Below the pieces are notes generated by a model, which was not told the DNA's origin, did not search any database, and saw only the letters and a list, made by a program, of their open reading frames with translations. A stretch of 63,192 nt of DNA, counting the filler, from Hausera hauseri (taxonomy: Eukaryota): assembly GCA_046269625.1 (NCBI GenBank). It is 10 parts of 10 records of this genome, joined end to end, with 100 filler letters (N's around TTAATTAATTAA, not from the genome) between each part and the next. Parts side by side here need not be neighbours in the genome. Positions count along the whole stretch, not along the records: positions 7,236 to 18,695 come from JBJURY010102209.1; positions 18,796 to 23,619 come from JBJURY010423587.1; 8 more parts are not named here. One strand, written 5' to 3'. Positions 13,401 through 22,824 of this stretch are shown here, piece after piece; position 1 is the stretch's first letter, and every line of letters begins with the position of its first letter. Both the position numbers and the translations under genes were made by a program.

Positions 13401-14872
13401 ATGCAGCAAATCGAGTTGGGGAAGCCAGTAGTCAGTTATTTAGGCAGATTACGTCACCCGAAAGATCGGCCAGTGCGATCAGTGATAACCGTAGTATTTT
13501 GGGTCGTTTATTGCAGAATTCTGATAATGACTATGAAGATACTCTGATATTTTTGGTCAGAACTGTTGCCAATGCTACAGCTCATCTTGCTCAAACGATT
13601 AAAACACTGACTCAAAATGAGAATTCCACAGATACGGTTATAGGTTGTCAGAAATTGATTTCTCCCGTGACACATGCCGGTTTGGCCACAAGTCAGTTGG
13701 TTACTTGTGTTAAGATTTTGGCTCCTACAATAAATCAAGCTTCTTGCACAAATCAAATTCTTGCTGAAATTGAAGAAGTCCGAGAAAGCATCGATAATGT
13801 CGGAGCTGTCGTCCTTGAATTACAGGAAAATCCAAAAGATTACAACAGTAAAACGATGACTAGTATTCTAACACAAAGTGGTTTGGAAGAAGCCATGATG
13901 GATGTTCGTCAGGCTCTGTCGCATCTGGAACATCATTTACAATGCGGCATTAGTGTCGTTAACTTCGCACCGAGAATTCAAAGTTTGGAAATTTTCCTCC
14001 TACAATACATTAAAATCAAAAGAATGCTGATTAATTTTTCCGGCAATTGGAAAAAGATCAATCAGTCTAACGAATTGCTGGAGTTGATATTCGAATTTCT
14101 ACAAATCAGTGATAATATTGCCGAAGAAATTCATTCGTTGTCCGATAACGACCATCGAAATGATGATCCGGTGATGGAGGCGAAAAATATATTTGTAAAA
14201 AACAAAAATATATTTTTGAAACTGAGTGAGAAATTCCCAAATGAAAGTGCGGACGTATGGAAAGACATACACTATGCACTTGACAATGTGGCCCTAACAG
14301 TACTCTATGAACCTGGGACTCGATTTGTGGCCCATGACCAGTTGATTCATAATCTGTATAGATCAACACAAATCCTATTGACTACCTGTCATAAATTAAT
14401 TACAAGTTACCAGGAAGTCGTCGATAGGAATAAGACGGTATTTGAGTGTCAAGAAGTCATTAATAGATCCCAATACTTGTTACTCCTAATGAACGAAATC
14501 AAAGCCGATCCTTCCAATGACAGAAATCTCGTGTCATTCATGCGTGAATCAGAAAAATTGACCCAGGCCTGTTCGAATTTCTGTTCTTCTATTCACTCAT
14601 TGATTCCAAATGCACGCGAAGAAATTCTCATTGACACACTCGTTTCCGCTACAAATCAGATGTTAGCTCAATATGAGCATATGCAATCGATGTTAGAGTG
14701 CGTACAGCCCATCAGGCCGCATTTGGAACTGTCTGTCGCATCTAAATTGCTGGCTGATAGCCGGCTGGAACATCTTTATAAGATCTTTCCGCATCAGGTA
14801 TTTTGTTCATTACTCTATTCATTTTATTCAGGTGGATTTGATAGTATACATGATTTTGGTTATTTAATTTAG
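7457..14872 (+). CDS. Intronless 2471-aa chimeric ORF: PXK pseudokinase fragment + VPS13 internal fragment + talin N-terminal half (probably not a natural single gene)
   Basis: One open frame containing three recognisable, individually truncated genes; see the three sub-features. Confidence 0.6.
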   Translation: MSMDIYPINIGITVNFTMVSVTNFLQQSHSAVVDYSKHSLQQVSLDFRCETNWHIGRIVPEMGCRIKKAYLTINSTTEINAKYILGWMEFGPEYLSVNSKNCQKILKSLSLLKHEFIYPVTYVMMSESGVSIIRPLSEVGSLHDYMRKVKPCTSILNKYGVQNQDVKQSTTNLLNQVSLFGRQVLIGLKYLHEKGIPYGHLHLRNVLLINEHKCCLTDIENSIVGLIPQYRHFYVGILKKLTFEEIDIYCFGRLVYEMDLDRFDTTVGLDIGKIKIVFLYSFVIKIQSFLDSFQTAVQKVLDKAQEYSDTAMEQMANVLEDPPSARISLNIKVNAPVIYVPENSKSTSALMLDLGCLEFVNTFNFAQDGSTILEISNISLTNLRLCRGRFVDKLIRLGNKKGYVLRYVSKAILMETTVKKEKGLLNPINIKLVMTRNLSWTKNKQIPQIDLKARMNSISVVMSQSDYGMMLLVFQSNFAEVPQTASDVISAPVAPVARETIGNEKKLNIFNNKNDLLTTFEFQMDYIEVELFKGDTVPTNIIVENISDKRLTTMKCERLTLKGQLFSNNAMSVDVRLSDIKLIDTQPGMGKKINEGKILRVIRNRNSQTDFVYVSFVYDENENTKLMIDVAGIYICICMDYLMALVDFFTKAQPPPPVPPKKVMVAVRGYEENPRKYRKRPIKQPVPERTSDFEIDIQVKRPEILLVEDILNPESNAILVQTEFFLKYSILKECDIISSEIKDFFIIFCPFQEDLRAKYSLDFIYPTNINLYCKRPVNDGMQGSIVMDHLIINITPAVIQSVSKVANSLNTTAVANASSEISSVANTVDTVDSAYADEFWNLKQFKENDYPFIFKGLAENARINEKEKGVENGLDVAQMLLDVEQRRADQGLNVYIVVRLPDIRVVLESEVAKKCVPMLILECSVDGDLKNPLTQISVGLTVSVSVSYFNDHINVWEPLIETYPDENNRQYSFELEYITCDDSALFDEEDFEDLTNIEPSTVSILLLSRDNLELTFSRTALDVLSNLGKAFQEAYALNVQDHRSVTGAPYVFKNSCGIDVILHLTDQFDLAACKADSNRQVILKQNCDIQLYDSKVEKILATEEKKERIIHIGFADNDLQTLSIYKSEVKGIQFGSKETESFAKSAQTDIFLNTLVISTTAYLGMKNIVLRSILQISNYSEDRLLLFYKRKDNEYEFIENVDSKKTFDVPISILLQNEHYIFIRPADLGTKISSTGIAWGLMKSNQTEHVVSECPTDSNIIFYYTSTVKVDEIPDNLGVDTMVKTFHIEIRAPICLHNQMPIRLDYQSQCFPKHVMPDCFQMLNFASFDLQAPLKLMYTYHQKVGKSMLMRCKVEHSEILVTQPFPFHELHSIHSLMTDQCLKDNRLSIFKMRQAAELMMAICAKMGILNHEEYLLIKPEQKVDQNQSTSTSKAFLSESKTEKMDKMKKALHTDDDLEFGDINVQKSKLPLKVKDCVPKDYIKNKGVEKKILKIYSTLRGKDCVETKREYCALCRSLKTYGITFFLVKEKVKDKNKLIPRLFGICKDRVVRLDEKTKEILKTWPLTSIKRWAGSYNAFTMDFGDYAPNEYYTAQTTKGEQISQLIAGYVDIIVKYQKANEPRNMEGIEESSLVEEKIEPNKAEIVEHRSSITPRSFEEITREVHITLTSPCDEVAQITSVSDASPMDFTNVTSFAQTDQDFSNVDTVYRNGTSSSSRRENFENSQRTDGGRYSESRVLKQRELDSAMSFGTSRTVQNYNSQSRNTLVSREALRSLNYSPDSFMTGGSQICHTVRRLTLAQRSLLNNINKNLQKLQESKLMLDEKMDSSQRENLFQHDNKENIKILSKEHAILNLESMNTEVVQVLRSSKHAPLNSMYVDDEQFPGNQHLKDIEKSFKIITVHFPSFVDNVRTIAEINNTSSTADEMTEIKTTTDVEDESCRDASENIVDAARKLADAFSGMLYAVKPQEEERDLDFRKAILDAANRVGEASSQLFRQITSPERSASAISDNRSILGRLLQNSDNDYEDTLIFLVRTVANATAHLAQTIKTLTQNENSTDTVIGCQKLISPVTHAGLATSQLVTCVKILAPTINQASCTNQILAEIEEVRESIDNVGAVVLELQENPKDYNSKTMTSILTQSGLEEAMMDVRQALSHLEHHLQCGISVVNFAPRIQSLEIFLLQYIKIKRMLINFSGNWKKINQSNELLELIFEFLQISDNIAEEIHSLSDNDHRNDDPVMEAKNIFVKNKNIFLKLSEKFPNESADVWKDIHYALDNVALTVLYEPGTRFVAHDQLIHNLYRSTQILLTTCHKLITSYQEVVDRNKTVFECQEVINRSQYLLLLMNEIKADPSNDRNLVSFMRESEKLTQACSNFCSSIHSLIPNAREEILIDTLVSATNQMLAQYEHMQSMLECVQPIRPHLELSVASKLLADSRLEHLYKIFPHQVFCSLLYSFYSGGFDSIHDFGYLI
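7508..8230 (+). CDS. PXK: PX-domain kinase-like protein (PXK/Slob) pseudokinase region, without the PX domain
   Basis: SLQQVSLDFRCETNW..MGCRIKKAY, GSLHDY, GRQVLIGLKYLHEKGIPYGHLHLRNV, LTDIENSIVGL, DIYCFGRLVYEM. Confidence 0.85.
8231..11490 (+). CDS. VPS13: VPS13A/C-like lipid transfer protein, internal repeats to the start of the VAB region
   Basis: LNIKVNAPVIYVPENSKSTSALMLDLG, VKRPEILLVED, VPMLILE, SYFNDHINVWEPLIE, APYVFKNSCGIDV, IVLRSILQISNY, IRAPICLHNQMP. Confidence 0.88.
11630..14797 (+). CDS. TLN: Talin: partial FERM head (part of F1, F2 with a deletion, F3) and N-terminal rod domains
   Basis: ICAKMGILNHEEYLL, KMKKALHTDDD, RSLKTYGITFFLVKEK..KNKLIPRLFGI, FTMDFGDY, EQISQLIAGYVDII, LTLAQRSL, ILDAANRVGEAS, ATSQLVTCVKILAPTI. 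Confidence 0.93.
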
Positions 14873-15448
14873 AGTTGGGTTATTTTAGGGGGATTTTTTG
14901 TCCATTTAGACATCTTCTGTCCATCAACGATTTCATACCTATTTTGTAATTCTCCATACGTCCGACGACAAAAAGTTCGGTGAACATTTTTGAGTTCGAC
15001 CATATTATTGAAAAGAGAAAACTTTGTGATATATCTTAATTTTATTGCTAGGAATTTTGAATGGGGGTATACGGAATAAGTACCGAGATACATTAAGTGG
15101 ACCAAAAATTTCGAAATTGCGATTGAAAAAAATTTTTTGATTTTTTTATACTGCTAAATCGATTTTTTTTTTATAAAATTCTATACATTTTCCTTGTTTA
15201 AATACACTATTTAAATGAATTTAAAATATTCGACCTTTGTTACTCTTGTACATAATTCTCCCGCAATACAAAACCAATTTAACTGCGATTTATGGTGTCC
15301 AACCAACTTTAAACATATTCATAAATCTATCTTAGCTGTAAATATAAACATAACCGTAAATCAAACTATGCAGGTTCGACTGTAATTATATTTTCAATGT
15401 ATTTATTATTTATGTATTCTTCCTATTTATGATAATCATATTTTGAAG

Positions 15449-16226
15449 GCCAGAGAAAATGTGAAAATGCTTAATTCATTAGGAAGCACAATATTAACAG
15501 TAATTAGCAATTGTCCAAGTAGTTTACTTTATTCCCTGAATGTTTACAATCCACTTTAGATGGGGTTATCATATTTGTATCAAGTTACGAATTTATGCGA
15601 TTTCTTATATCTTCTTGGGAATTGTCGGAAATATACTCATCTATTCACCAAATTAAGCCAGTATTTGTAGAACCGAAAAGTTCATCCGAAGTCGAACAGG
15701 TTAAAAGAACTTATCACCAGGCCTTATCATACTACGCATTCAACAGATGATGAAAACATACAGCATTGCTGCTAAATCAACAAAAGGAGCCATATTGTTC
15801 GCCGTAATAAATGGTAAAATGAGTGAAGGTATAAATTTCAATGATGAATTGGCTCGATTGGTCATTGTCATTGGCATTCCTTACCCTCAAATAAACAACC
15901 CAATACTCAAAGAAAAAAGATCGTTTATTGAACGAAAATATGGATCGACTTCGGGAAAACTGATGTATGAAAATCTGGCAATGAAATCCGTCAATCAGGC
16001 AATTGGTAGGGCCATTCGACACAAAAATGATTTCGCTGCCGTACTTCTCGTTGATTGCAGATATGAGTCCATTGCAAAACTGTCAGACGACCAAAACGGG
16101 GGTAAACTTGGTCTTCCGAATTGGATGAAAAGTTCTGTTAGTTGTCATAATAAACCTTCATCTGTTGTCGATTGTTTAAGAGGGTTTTTTAGGAACCTTC
16201 AAAATTTAAAGACTGATCTTAAATAA
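15449..16226 (+). CDS. DDX11: DDX11/CHL1 Fe-S helicase, C-terminal exons (introns 15519-15559 and 15700-15746)
   Basis: Spliced reading LNSLGSTILTVISNCP|xGVIIFVSSYEF...VFVEPK...EVEQ|MMKTY..GAILFAVINGKMSEGINFNDELARLVIVIGIPYP..YENLAMKSVNQAIGRAIRHKNDFAAVLLVDCRY. GT-AG introns of 41 and 47 nt. Confidence 0.9.
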
Positions 16227-16368
16227 AGTATATTACCTTTAGCTTTTCTTTTGAATAATTGTATTTGCTAATTGTTGCTTGAGTCAAGTAATATGCTAAA
16301 ACATGTACACTAAAAGATACTTTGGAAGGGGCGGTAATATTGTTAATTTCTAAAATTAATACTGTGCA

Positions 16369-16935
16369 AGTAGATAAGAAGAGAGCTCTCTACCTTACTT
16401 TTCTGATTGGTCTGCCGACTAGTTTTCCCCACCTGATTGGCTACTCCGAACATTTCACTAAAATTTTCTCAACGCCCCCCCCCAGAAAATGAGGTCGAGC
16501 AGAGGTTCGGACCAGGTGACATCGATAGTGCGTGACGAGGTGAGCAGAAGTTAACGGAGGTGCGTCTTACAGTTATGCAATGGAGAGACGTTAGAAAAAG
16601 AAGAAGCAAATTAGGAAATGCTTCATGTGTAACGCGAAGTATGTTGCTAGCACTGAAAAAATGCATACAAGGGGTAAATTGATATTGGCGATTTCAATGG
16701 ACACTGTTGCAACTCGGTCAGACCATGGGAACATGACGAAAATCGATGGGAAAATTTCAAATGGGTAAAATTTCCCCATGCTCAAGTCTGTCGGTGATGG
16801 AATTGGTCTAATACATTGCCCATAAGCTGGGGAAAACTTCATATTATAGCCACATCACGATTAGACCAATGGATCGGGGTGAAAAATGCGAACGAACGAA
16901 CCAAAAATGCGCAATGTTAAGGTCAAAATCATCAT
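16369..16935 (+). mobile_element. Polinton/Maverick terminal repeat (copy 1)
   Basis: Starts AGTAGATAAG, has two CTGATTGG boxes, and is highly similar over about 550 bp to 52507-53060, which lies next to a Polinton protease. Confidence 0.7.
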
Positions 16936-17486
16936 AGTAGGTAGAAGTTAGCCCTCCACCGCACTTCCAAAAAGTGCTCAGATAGAGCTTGAAACCAGTT
17001 TTCCCCACCTATCTCTCAATTCTGAGCATTTCTTGTTTTGTGGTCGGAGACCCCCCAGCCGGAAGCACATGTCACCGGCGGAAATCGGTAGAGTTGGATG
17101 AGGCGAGAAAAAGTTTCTAGCGCGGCGAGAGTCAAAAATTTTACTGGGTTGCGCTAGAAGCAAAAGAAGCAAAACCGCAAATGTTTTATGAGAGTCCATA
17201 CACGAGTTACGAATTGCGCAATGTTTGGTGCAAATGCCGGGGAGTCGAATGCGCGCAATTTCAACGTTGTCTGACCATTGGAATATGGGCAAAATTGATG
17301 GTGAAATTTCGAACTCTAAAAATTTCCCATAGTTCCAGTCTGCTGGTTATGGAAATGGGTTGAGGACGTAGACCATCAGTAGATGAGCATTTCATATTAC
17401 AGCTGTCTCACGAGCAGACTAATGGATTCCGGGAGAAAAATGCAACGAAAAAACAAAAAAACATTGTTAAAAAGTCAAAATCATCA

Positions 17487-17735
17487 TCGTCGTTCGTTCG
17501 TTTGTTCGTTTGTTCGTTCATTCGATCATTCTTCCGTTCGACCTTTCTTCTTTTCGTTCGTTCGTTCGATCGCGTGTCCGTTCGACCATTTGTTCTTTCG
17601 TTCTTCCGTCCGTTCCTTTGTTCGTTCGTTCGTTCGTTCTTTCTTTCCTTTGTTCGTTCTTTCGTTCGTCCGTCCGTTTGTTCGATCGTTCTTTCGTTCT
17701 TCCATCTGTTTATTCGTTCGTTCGTTCATTTGTTC
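17487..17735. repeat. Degenerate (CGTT)n microsatellite
   Basis: Directly visible. It generates the spurious RSFV/NERT ORFs. Confidence 0.95.
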
Positions 17736-17764
17736 TGCATATTCGGATACATCGCAATGATTTA

Positions 17765-17930
17765 AGTCGAAAAAAATTTTGGACTGACCCAGTTCCGGAT
17801 ACCTGCATAATCGGACTCACCGCAATGTGTTGTGTCAAAATTTTTTTCGACTGACCCAGTTCCGGACACCTTATTACTCGGACTCACCGCAACGAGTTGA
17901 GTCGAACAAAATTTGGACTGACCCCCAGTA
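17765..17930. repeat. Tandem repeat, unit about 68 bp, about 2.4 copies
   Basis: GACTGACCCAGTTCCGGA...TCGGACTCACCGCAA repeated. Confidence 0.85.
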
Positions 17931-17998
17931 TTTGGGACGCAGAATTCATTTCACGAATTATATGGATTTTTTATTAAATTAAAATATTTACTTGAAAA

Positions 17999-18157
17999 AT
18001 GAAACAAGGTGGTGATATTCAAAAATCAACAGGAAATATTGCAAAATATTTACCAAAACTCTTGAAAACTAAATATGGTGAATTACACCTTCCATCACAT
18101 AATTTTACCGGTCCACTAACGCGACTAGATATTAGATTAGCTGAAAATGATCAGTGA
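17999..18157 (+). pseudogene. Polinton/parvovirus-type PLA2-like domain, truncated
   Basis: MKQGGDIQK...GELHLPSHNFTGPLTRLDIRL matches the ELHLPGxNxxGPGTxL calcium-loop region. The catalytic HD half is missing. Confidence 0.7.
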
Positions 18158-18479
18158 TGGGTGGGGCAGACGAACAAATGAAAAATTTTTAAAAATGTTG
18201 AGGGGCTGGCTCCAAACCCTTATAATACAACTACTTCCCGTGTTGAAGCGTATTGCAGTCGTCGCAGCAAAAACAGCACAGGACGTACTATATGAAAACG
18301 AATCGATTTTACCATCATTGAAGGAACACGCCTTGTCAGAAATAAAAAATTATGCACCGAGAGTCGTTGAATTAGTCAAAAAGCAATTCGCTGGCAGTGT
18401 CTTGAAAAAAACGACGCAGAGCATCATCGAGCTCATCAACTATAAACAACCTCGTCGTCGTCGTACGATTTTTGATTGA
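18147..18479 (+). pseudogene. Small Polinton virion/membrane-active protein upstream of the capsid gene
   Basis: LLPVLKRIAVVAAKTAQDVL...RRRRTIFD. An amphipathic protein ending in a DIF-like motif directly before the MCP is the usual Polinton layout. Confidence 0.55.
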
Positions 18480-18486
18480 CAGTCAA

Positions 18487-18695
18487 ATGGCATCTGCAAA
18501 ATCTGAATTGTGATTATTTGACAAAGACGCACCACAAGTTGTTATTGACAATGCGGCATTTGAAGAAATCTACCCAGTTTATTCGGTTTCAACGGACAAT
18601 AACCTTGACAATCAATTTAACATTATGGCATCTGACAATGAATACCTGGATTTGAACGATACGCTACTCTATGTAAAAGTCATTGTTAAAAAGGA
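18487..18695 (+). pseudogene. Polinton major capsid protein (PY/double jelly-roll), N-terminus
   Basis: MASAKSEL*LFDKDAPQVVIDNAAFEEIYPV...NEYLDLNDTLLYVKV matches KSELDLF..PTQ..EYLDLxxTLLYVK. One stop; cut by the contig end. Confidence 0.85.
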
Positions 18696-18795
18696 NNNNN
18701 NNNNNNNNNNNNNNNNNNNNNNNNNNNNNNNNNNNNNNNTTAATTAATTAANNNNNNNNNNNNNNNNNNNNNNNNNNNNNNNNNNNNNNNNNNNN

Positions 18796-21700
18796 CCAAA
18801 CACATTCACTTGGAAATTTACAGTAGCCAATGTACGCACACCTATATTGGGTTCAGACTTTCTGTCCTACTACAATTTACTTGTAGATTGCAAACAATGT
18901 TCCTTAAAATGCGGAAATAATCTTAATCAAATTAGCAGCATTTAGGTGACTACCCCGGCGACCGCGTCCAGTAAGTCAATACTGAAGCAAACGACTTTCG
19001 ATTTAAATTATTTTATAATCATACTTTATACAGAAATTTTTACTACGGTGGCAAATGAGATATTGCCAACTGCGTGGTACCTATTACTAATATCACAGCT
19101 GCTAACGCAATTTTCAACACAAACATCCTGCACCAAATACCACCCAGTCACAACACTTCGTCTATAACTCACACTTCAACTGCATCTAGTAACGACGCAT
19201 CGATACTATCGGATAACTTCTTATCGTTGCCTTCTAATGTACAACAATACATTTCCTCTTCCTGCACGCGTCTGTTGCAGAAAGACAAATCATTCGTACC
19301 ACCTTAATCCACCTTCCATCACATAGTAACTTCACATCAGCGTCTAATCCGGCAAAAGTTACGCCCGCTATCGCCTCGACGCAGACAGGCAGTGGAGGCT
19401 GAGTTTCTCGACCTTGAAAAATCAGGCATAATCAGAAGATCAAAATCCCCATGGTCTTCACCACTACATGCGGTTCCAGAAAAAAGATGGCACCTTTCGG
19501 CCATGCGGTGATTACTGCCAACTTAACACCATAACAACAATGGATGCCTACCCTCTACCATTAATCAACAATATCCTTCACAGGTTCCATGGTGCGACTA
19601 TCTTTTCCTGCATTGGTTTACAGAAAGCATACCACCAAATTCCAGTGGCTTCAACAGACATTCCGAAAACGGCTGTCATTACACCTTTCGGCCTTTTCGA
19701 ATACCTCTTCATGCCTTTTGGACTCCGTAACGTTTTTCAGATTTTCCAAAGGCATATCCATACAGTCCTATCAGGCTTAGACTTTGCCTATCAGTATATT
19801 GATGATATCTTAATTGCAACATCTTCCTCCAAACATCACTCTGAACACTTACGTTTAATCTTCCAGCGCTTACACCAAAACAATTTTCAAATTAATTTCT
19901 CCAAATGCTCTTTCTTTCAACTTAAGGTCAACTTCCCAGGACATGATATTAGCTCCTCCGGACATTCGCCTTAGCCAGACTGCATCACACAGCTGAAAAA
20001 CATACAACTACCCCGTACATAAACAGAGATGTGTTTTTTCCTAGGAACCCTGCACTTTATTCATAAGTACATTCCATAATGCTTCAATTTAACCGCTCCA
20101 TTTGCATCAGTAAGCTCTGACAAGAAGAAACAACCTATTCACTGGACCTTCCAGCTAGTCAACACTTTCGATTGCCTCAAAGATAATCTAAAAACCGTAG
20201 AAATTTTGGCCTATTCAGACTCCCGTGCAGAACTTCTCTTAACCACGGACGCATCCACAACAGCCGCAGGTGCTGTCCTCCATCAAGTCAAAAATGGATC
20301 CCATGAACTATTAGAATTCTTTTCTCGGAAATTCACGGCACAATAGAAAGATATTCCACCTTTGACCGAGAATTGCTTGCAATGGTCCTTACCGTGAAAC
20401 ACTTTAAACATTTACTAACTGCACGAACTTTTACAATACAAACGGACCACAAGCCTTTGCTTCAAATTCTGACTATGAAATTGCCTTTTCTACGTCAGGA
20501 GAGGCAAATATCCTATTTGTCCACATTAAATTTTGCAATTAAGCACTTAAATAGAGTCGACAATTTAGTAGGTGACTTCTTGTCCCGATCGATCAGCTCG
20601 ATTGATTTCACACCAATTTTTACTCAATCCAAACTTCAGCAAAACCAGCCACCTCCTGACATCCTTAAATCTTTAAGTCTTGCAAAATCATCGACGGCGT
20701 GGCTTTTGACACCTCCAAACCTAACAATCCTAAGATCATCCTCCCTGAATCGCTTCAAAAACAAGCGTTCAATAGCATTCATTCGTTGCATCATCCTGGT
20801 GCCAAGGCTACTTTTCGTCTCTTACAACGCCAAGTAGCATTGCCGTCGATGCGCTTTGACGTGCAGACATGGGTTATGCAATGTGTGGTATGCCAAAATT
20901 ACAAAAGTACTAAGCACCTAAACCACCACTATTTCATTTTACCTGAACGTCTCGTTTCGAATCTGAGCACATTGACCTCATAGGCCCACTACCTTTAGAC
21001 AACGGCGATCAGTTCATCTTTACAATGATGGGCCGTTCCTCGCGATGGCCAGAGGGCGTCTCACTTCGGCGCACCAACACAGAAACTATCGCAGACGTTT
21101 TCATCCGCACTTTGATCAGCAGGTTTGGATCACTTCGCCACATCCTTTCGGACTAAGGTCCACAGTTCAAATCCAACCTGTTTAAAGCTCTTGTCAATCG
21201 ATTGGAAATTAACCACATTCACACATCTCCATATCACCCCCAATCGAACAGCCTACTTGAACGCTTTCACCGAACAGTGAAAATGTCTCTTAAAATTCTT
21301 GCTGAGTCCAATCGCAGTTGGATTACACTCCTTCCGTACGTTCTGCTTGGCTGGGGGAACACACCATCTGCTTTTGCATGCTGTTCTCCTGCAGAAGCAT
21401 TATTTGGCACTTCCATCAGATCATTATTCAAGCTGACTTAGCTGGACAATACTCCTGCGGACAAAACCATACAAGCGGCACAGAGATACTTCGTTGAGAT
21501 CAGCAAAGACTCATTTTGCAAGTTGTTACACGCAAACAAACCCTACATACCCGACGATTTATATACTTCCAAGTTCCTTTGGCTAAAGAATCAGACGCCA
21601 TGTGGTTTTCAACCTCAGTATGACGGCCCTTACAAAGTAATTCGCTTACACTCCCACAACATCATCATTTTCATAGACGACAAAGAAGTAACCGTTCACA

Positions 21701-22787
21701 TCAATAATGCTAAGCCGGCCTTCTTCACTGACGATACGTCTCCCATCGAAGCCACTTCTCCACCAGCATCTTTACATGACACGCAGCAATCCAACAATTC
21801 ACCTTCCATCCCTGATCAATTTTCTAATCCACTCTTGCGTACGTTTTCGCCCAAAACTTCCACTTCAATTTCTTCTCACAATTCGGCCTCTTCTTGCCCA
21901 TCCGATGTTGTACCTTCAAGCCTTTTTAAACCTCTTTCATCCCCTCATAACCTGCTTACTCCTTTTACAGTACTTCCTCTATCAAACACCACTTCGACTT
22001 CACCAATCTTGCCATCCACCTCTTTCATCATTTCAGCCTCTTGCACACCACCTTCCTACTACTTTCCTTCGCCTTTTCCATCTTCCTGCTATCCTCCGTT
22101 TTGTACCTCTTCGCCGTCTTCTCTCTCTCCTTCTCTTTCCACACCTTCCTTATCTTCGGCGTATTCTTCACTCCTGTCTCCCTACACATCGTTTTCCAGC
22201 ACTTTCACTTCCGTTTCACAACTTCCTCCTCTCTTTGCTTCTATCCCTATTTCTTTTCCTCTCTCTACCAAGTACTTCCGTTTCATCTTCAACTTCCACT
22301 CTTTCACACAATTTCATTCCGGTTTCTACTTCAACTTCTTTCTCTCTTTTTTTATCCGCCACTACATTTTCAGTCATACTCCGTCTTCAACAATCTCTCT
22401 TTCTCCTTCACTCTCTCCTTCTGTCCATTCTGATTCATCTTCGCACGATATAACACTCACAACAAAATCCGACAATTTTTCCCCAACTTCAAACTCTGCA
22501 AGCAAACACACAGCATAAAGACAAAACAAGCAGAGTCACATTCAGCAAATATAGCAGTGAAAAATCACTAGAAGGCACCCAACGTCTTGTTCACACTAAG
22601 ACCAATTGACACACTTTTTATTTGGCGATTTTTTCTTTCTGTCTTCTTTAATCTTCATAATTTTCACTTTGCCACGGGGGGTGATGTGGTGCACACAGCG
22701 GCCGGTGCCCTTTGGCCCATTTGGTTGGGCACGGCCGGGCGTCAGTTGCCGGCGCGTCGGGTCCGATTTTCCGCCTCAAAAATTTCA
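18796..22787 (+). mobile_element. Degenerate Ty3/Gypsy element B (same family as A): PR end, RT, RH, IN, S/P-rich tail, PPT, start of 3' LTR
   Basis: PILGSDFL, FRPCGDY, YIDDIL, TDAS, HPGAKAT, YHPQSNSLLERFHRT, YDGPYKV. G-rich PPT at about 22674-22684, followed by TGTGG at 22685. Confidence 0.9.
21740..22500 (+). repeat. Pyrimidine-rich low-complexity tract downstream of the integrase GPY motif
   Basis: C/T-rich; encodes Ser/Pro/Thr in the integrase frame. Confidence 0.8.
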
Positions 22788-22824
22788 GTGAGTATATTTT
22801 TGTGTCGTTTCGATGTTTTGATAG

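Larger units (their letters stand above)
16936..18695 (+). mobile_element. Second, related Polinton: terminus AGTAGGTAG, (CGTT)n, subterminal repeats, then structural gene fragments
   Basis: Terminal region is a diverged relative of 16369-16935 and is followed by PLA2-like, small basic and major capsid gene pieces. Confidence 0.75.

Noticed and set aside
9170-14369. Minus-strand ORFs antisense to the long ORF, and similar short antisense ORFs over pol genes
   Set aside because: Shadow ORFs of coding sequence with no recognisable motifs.
17383-17854. Several overlapping ORFs rich in RSFV/NERT
   Set aside because: Translations of the (CGTT)n microsatellite.
21707-22518. Three overlapping long ORFs suggesting overprinting or an env gene
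   Set aside because: The C/T-rich strand is depleted of stop codons, so all frames are open by composition. No signal peptide or Cys pattern.
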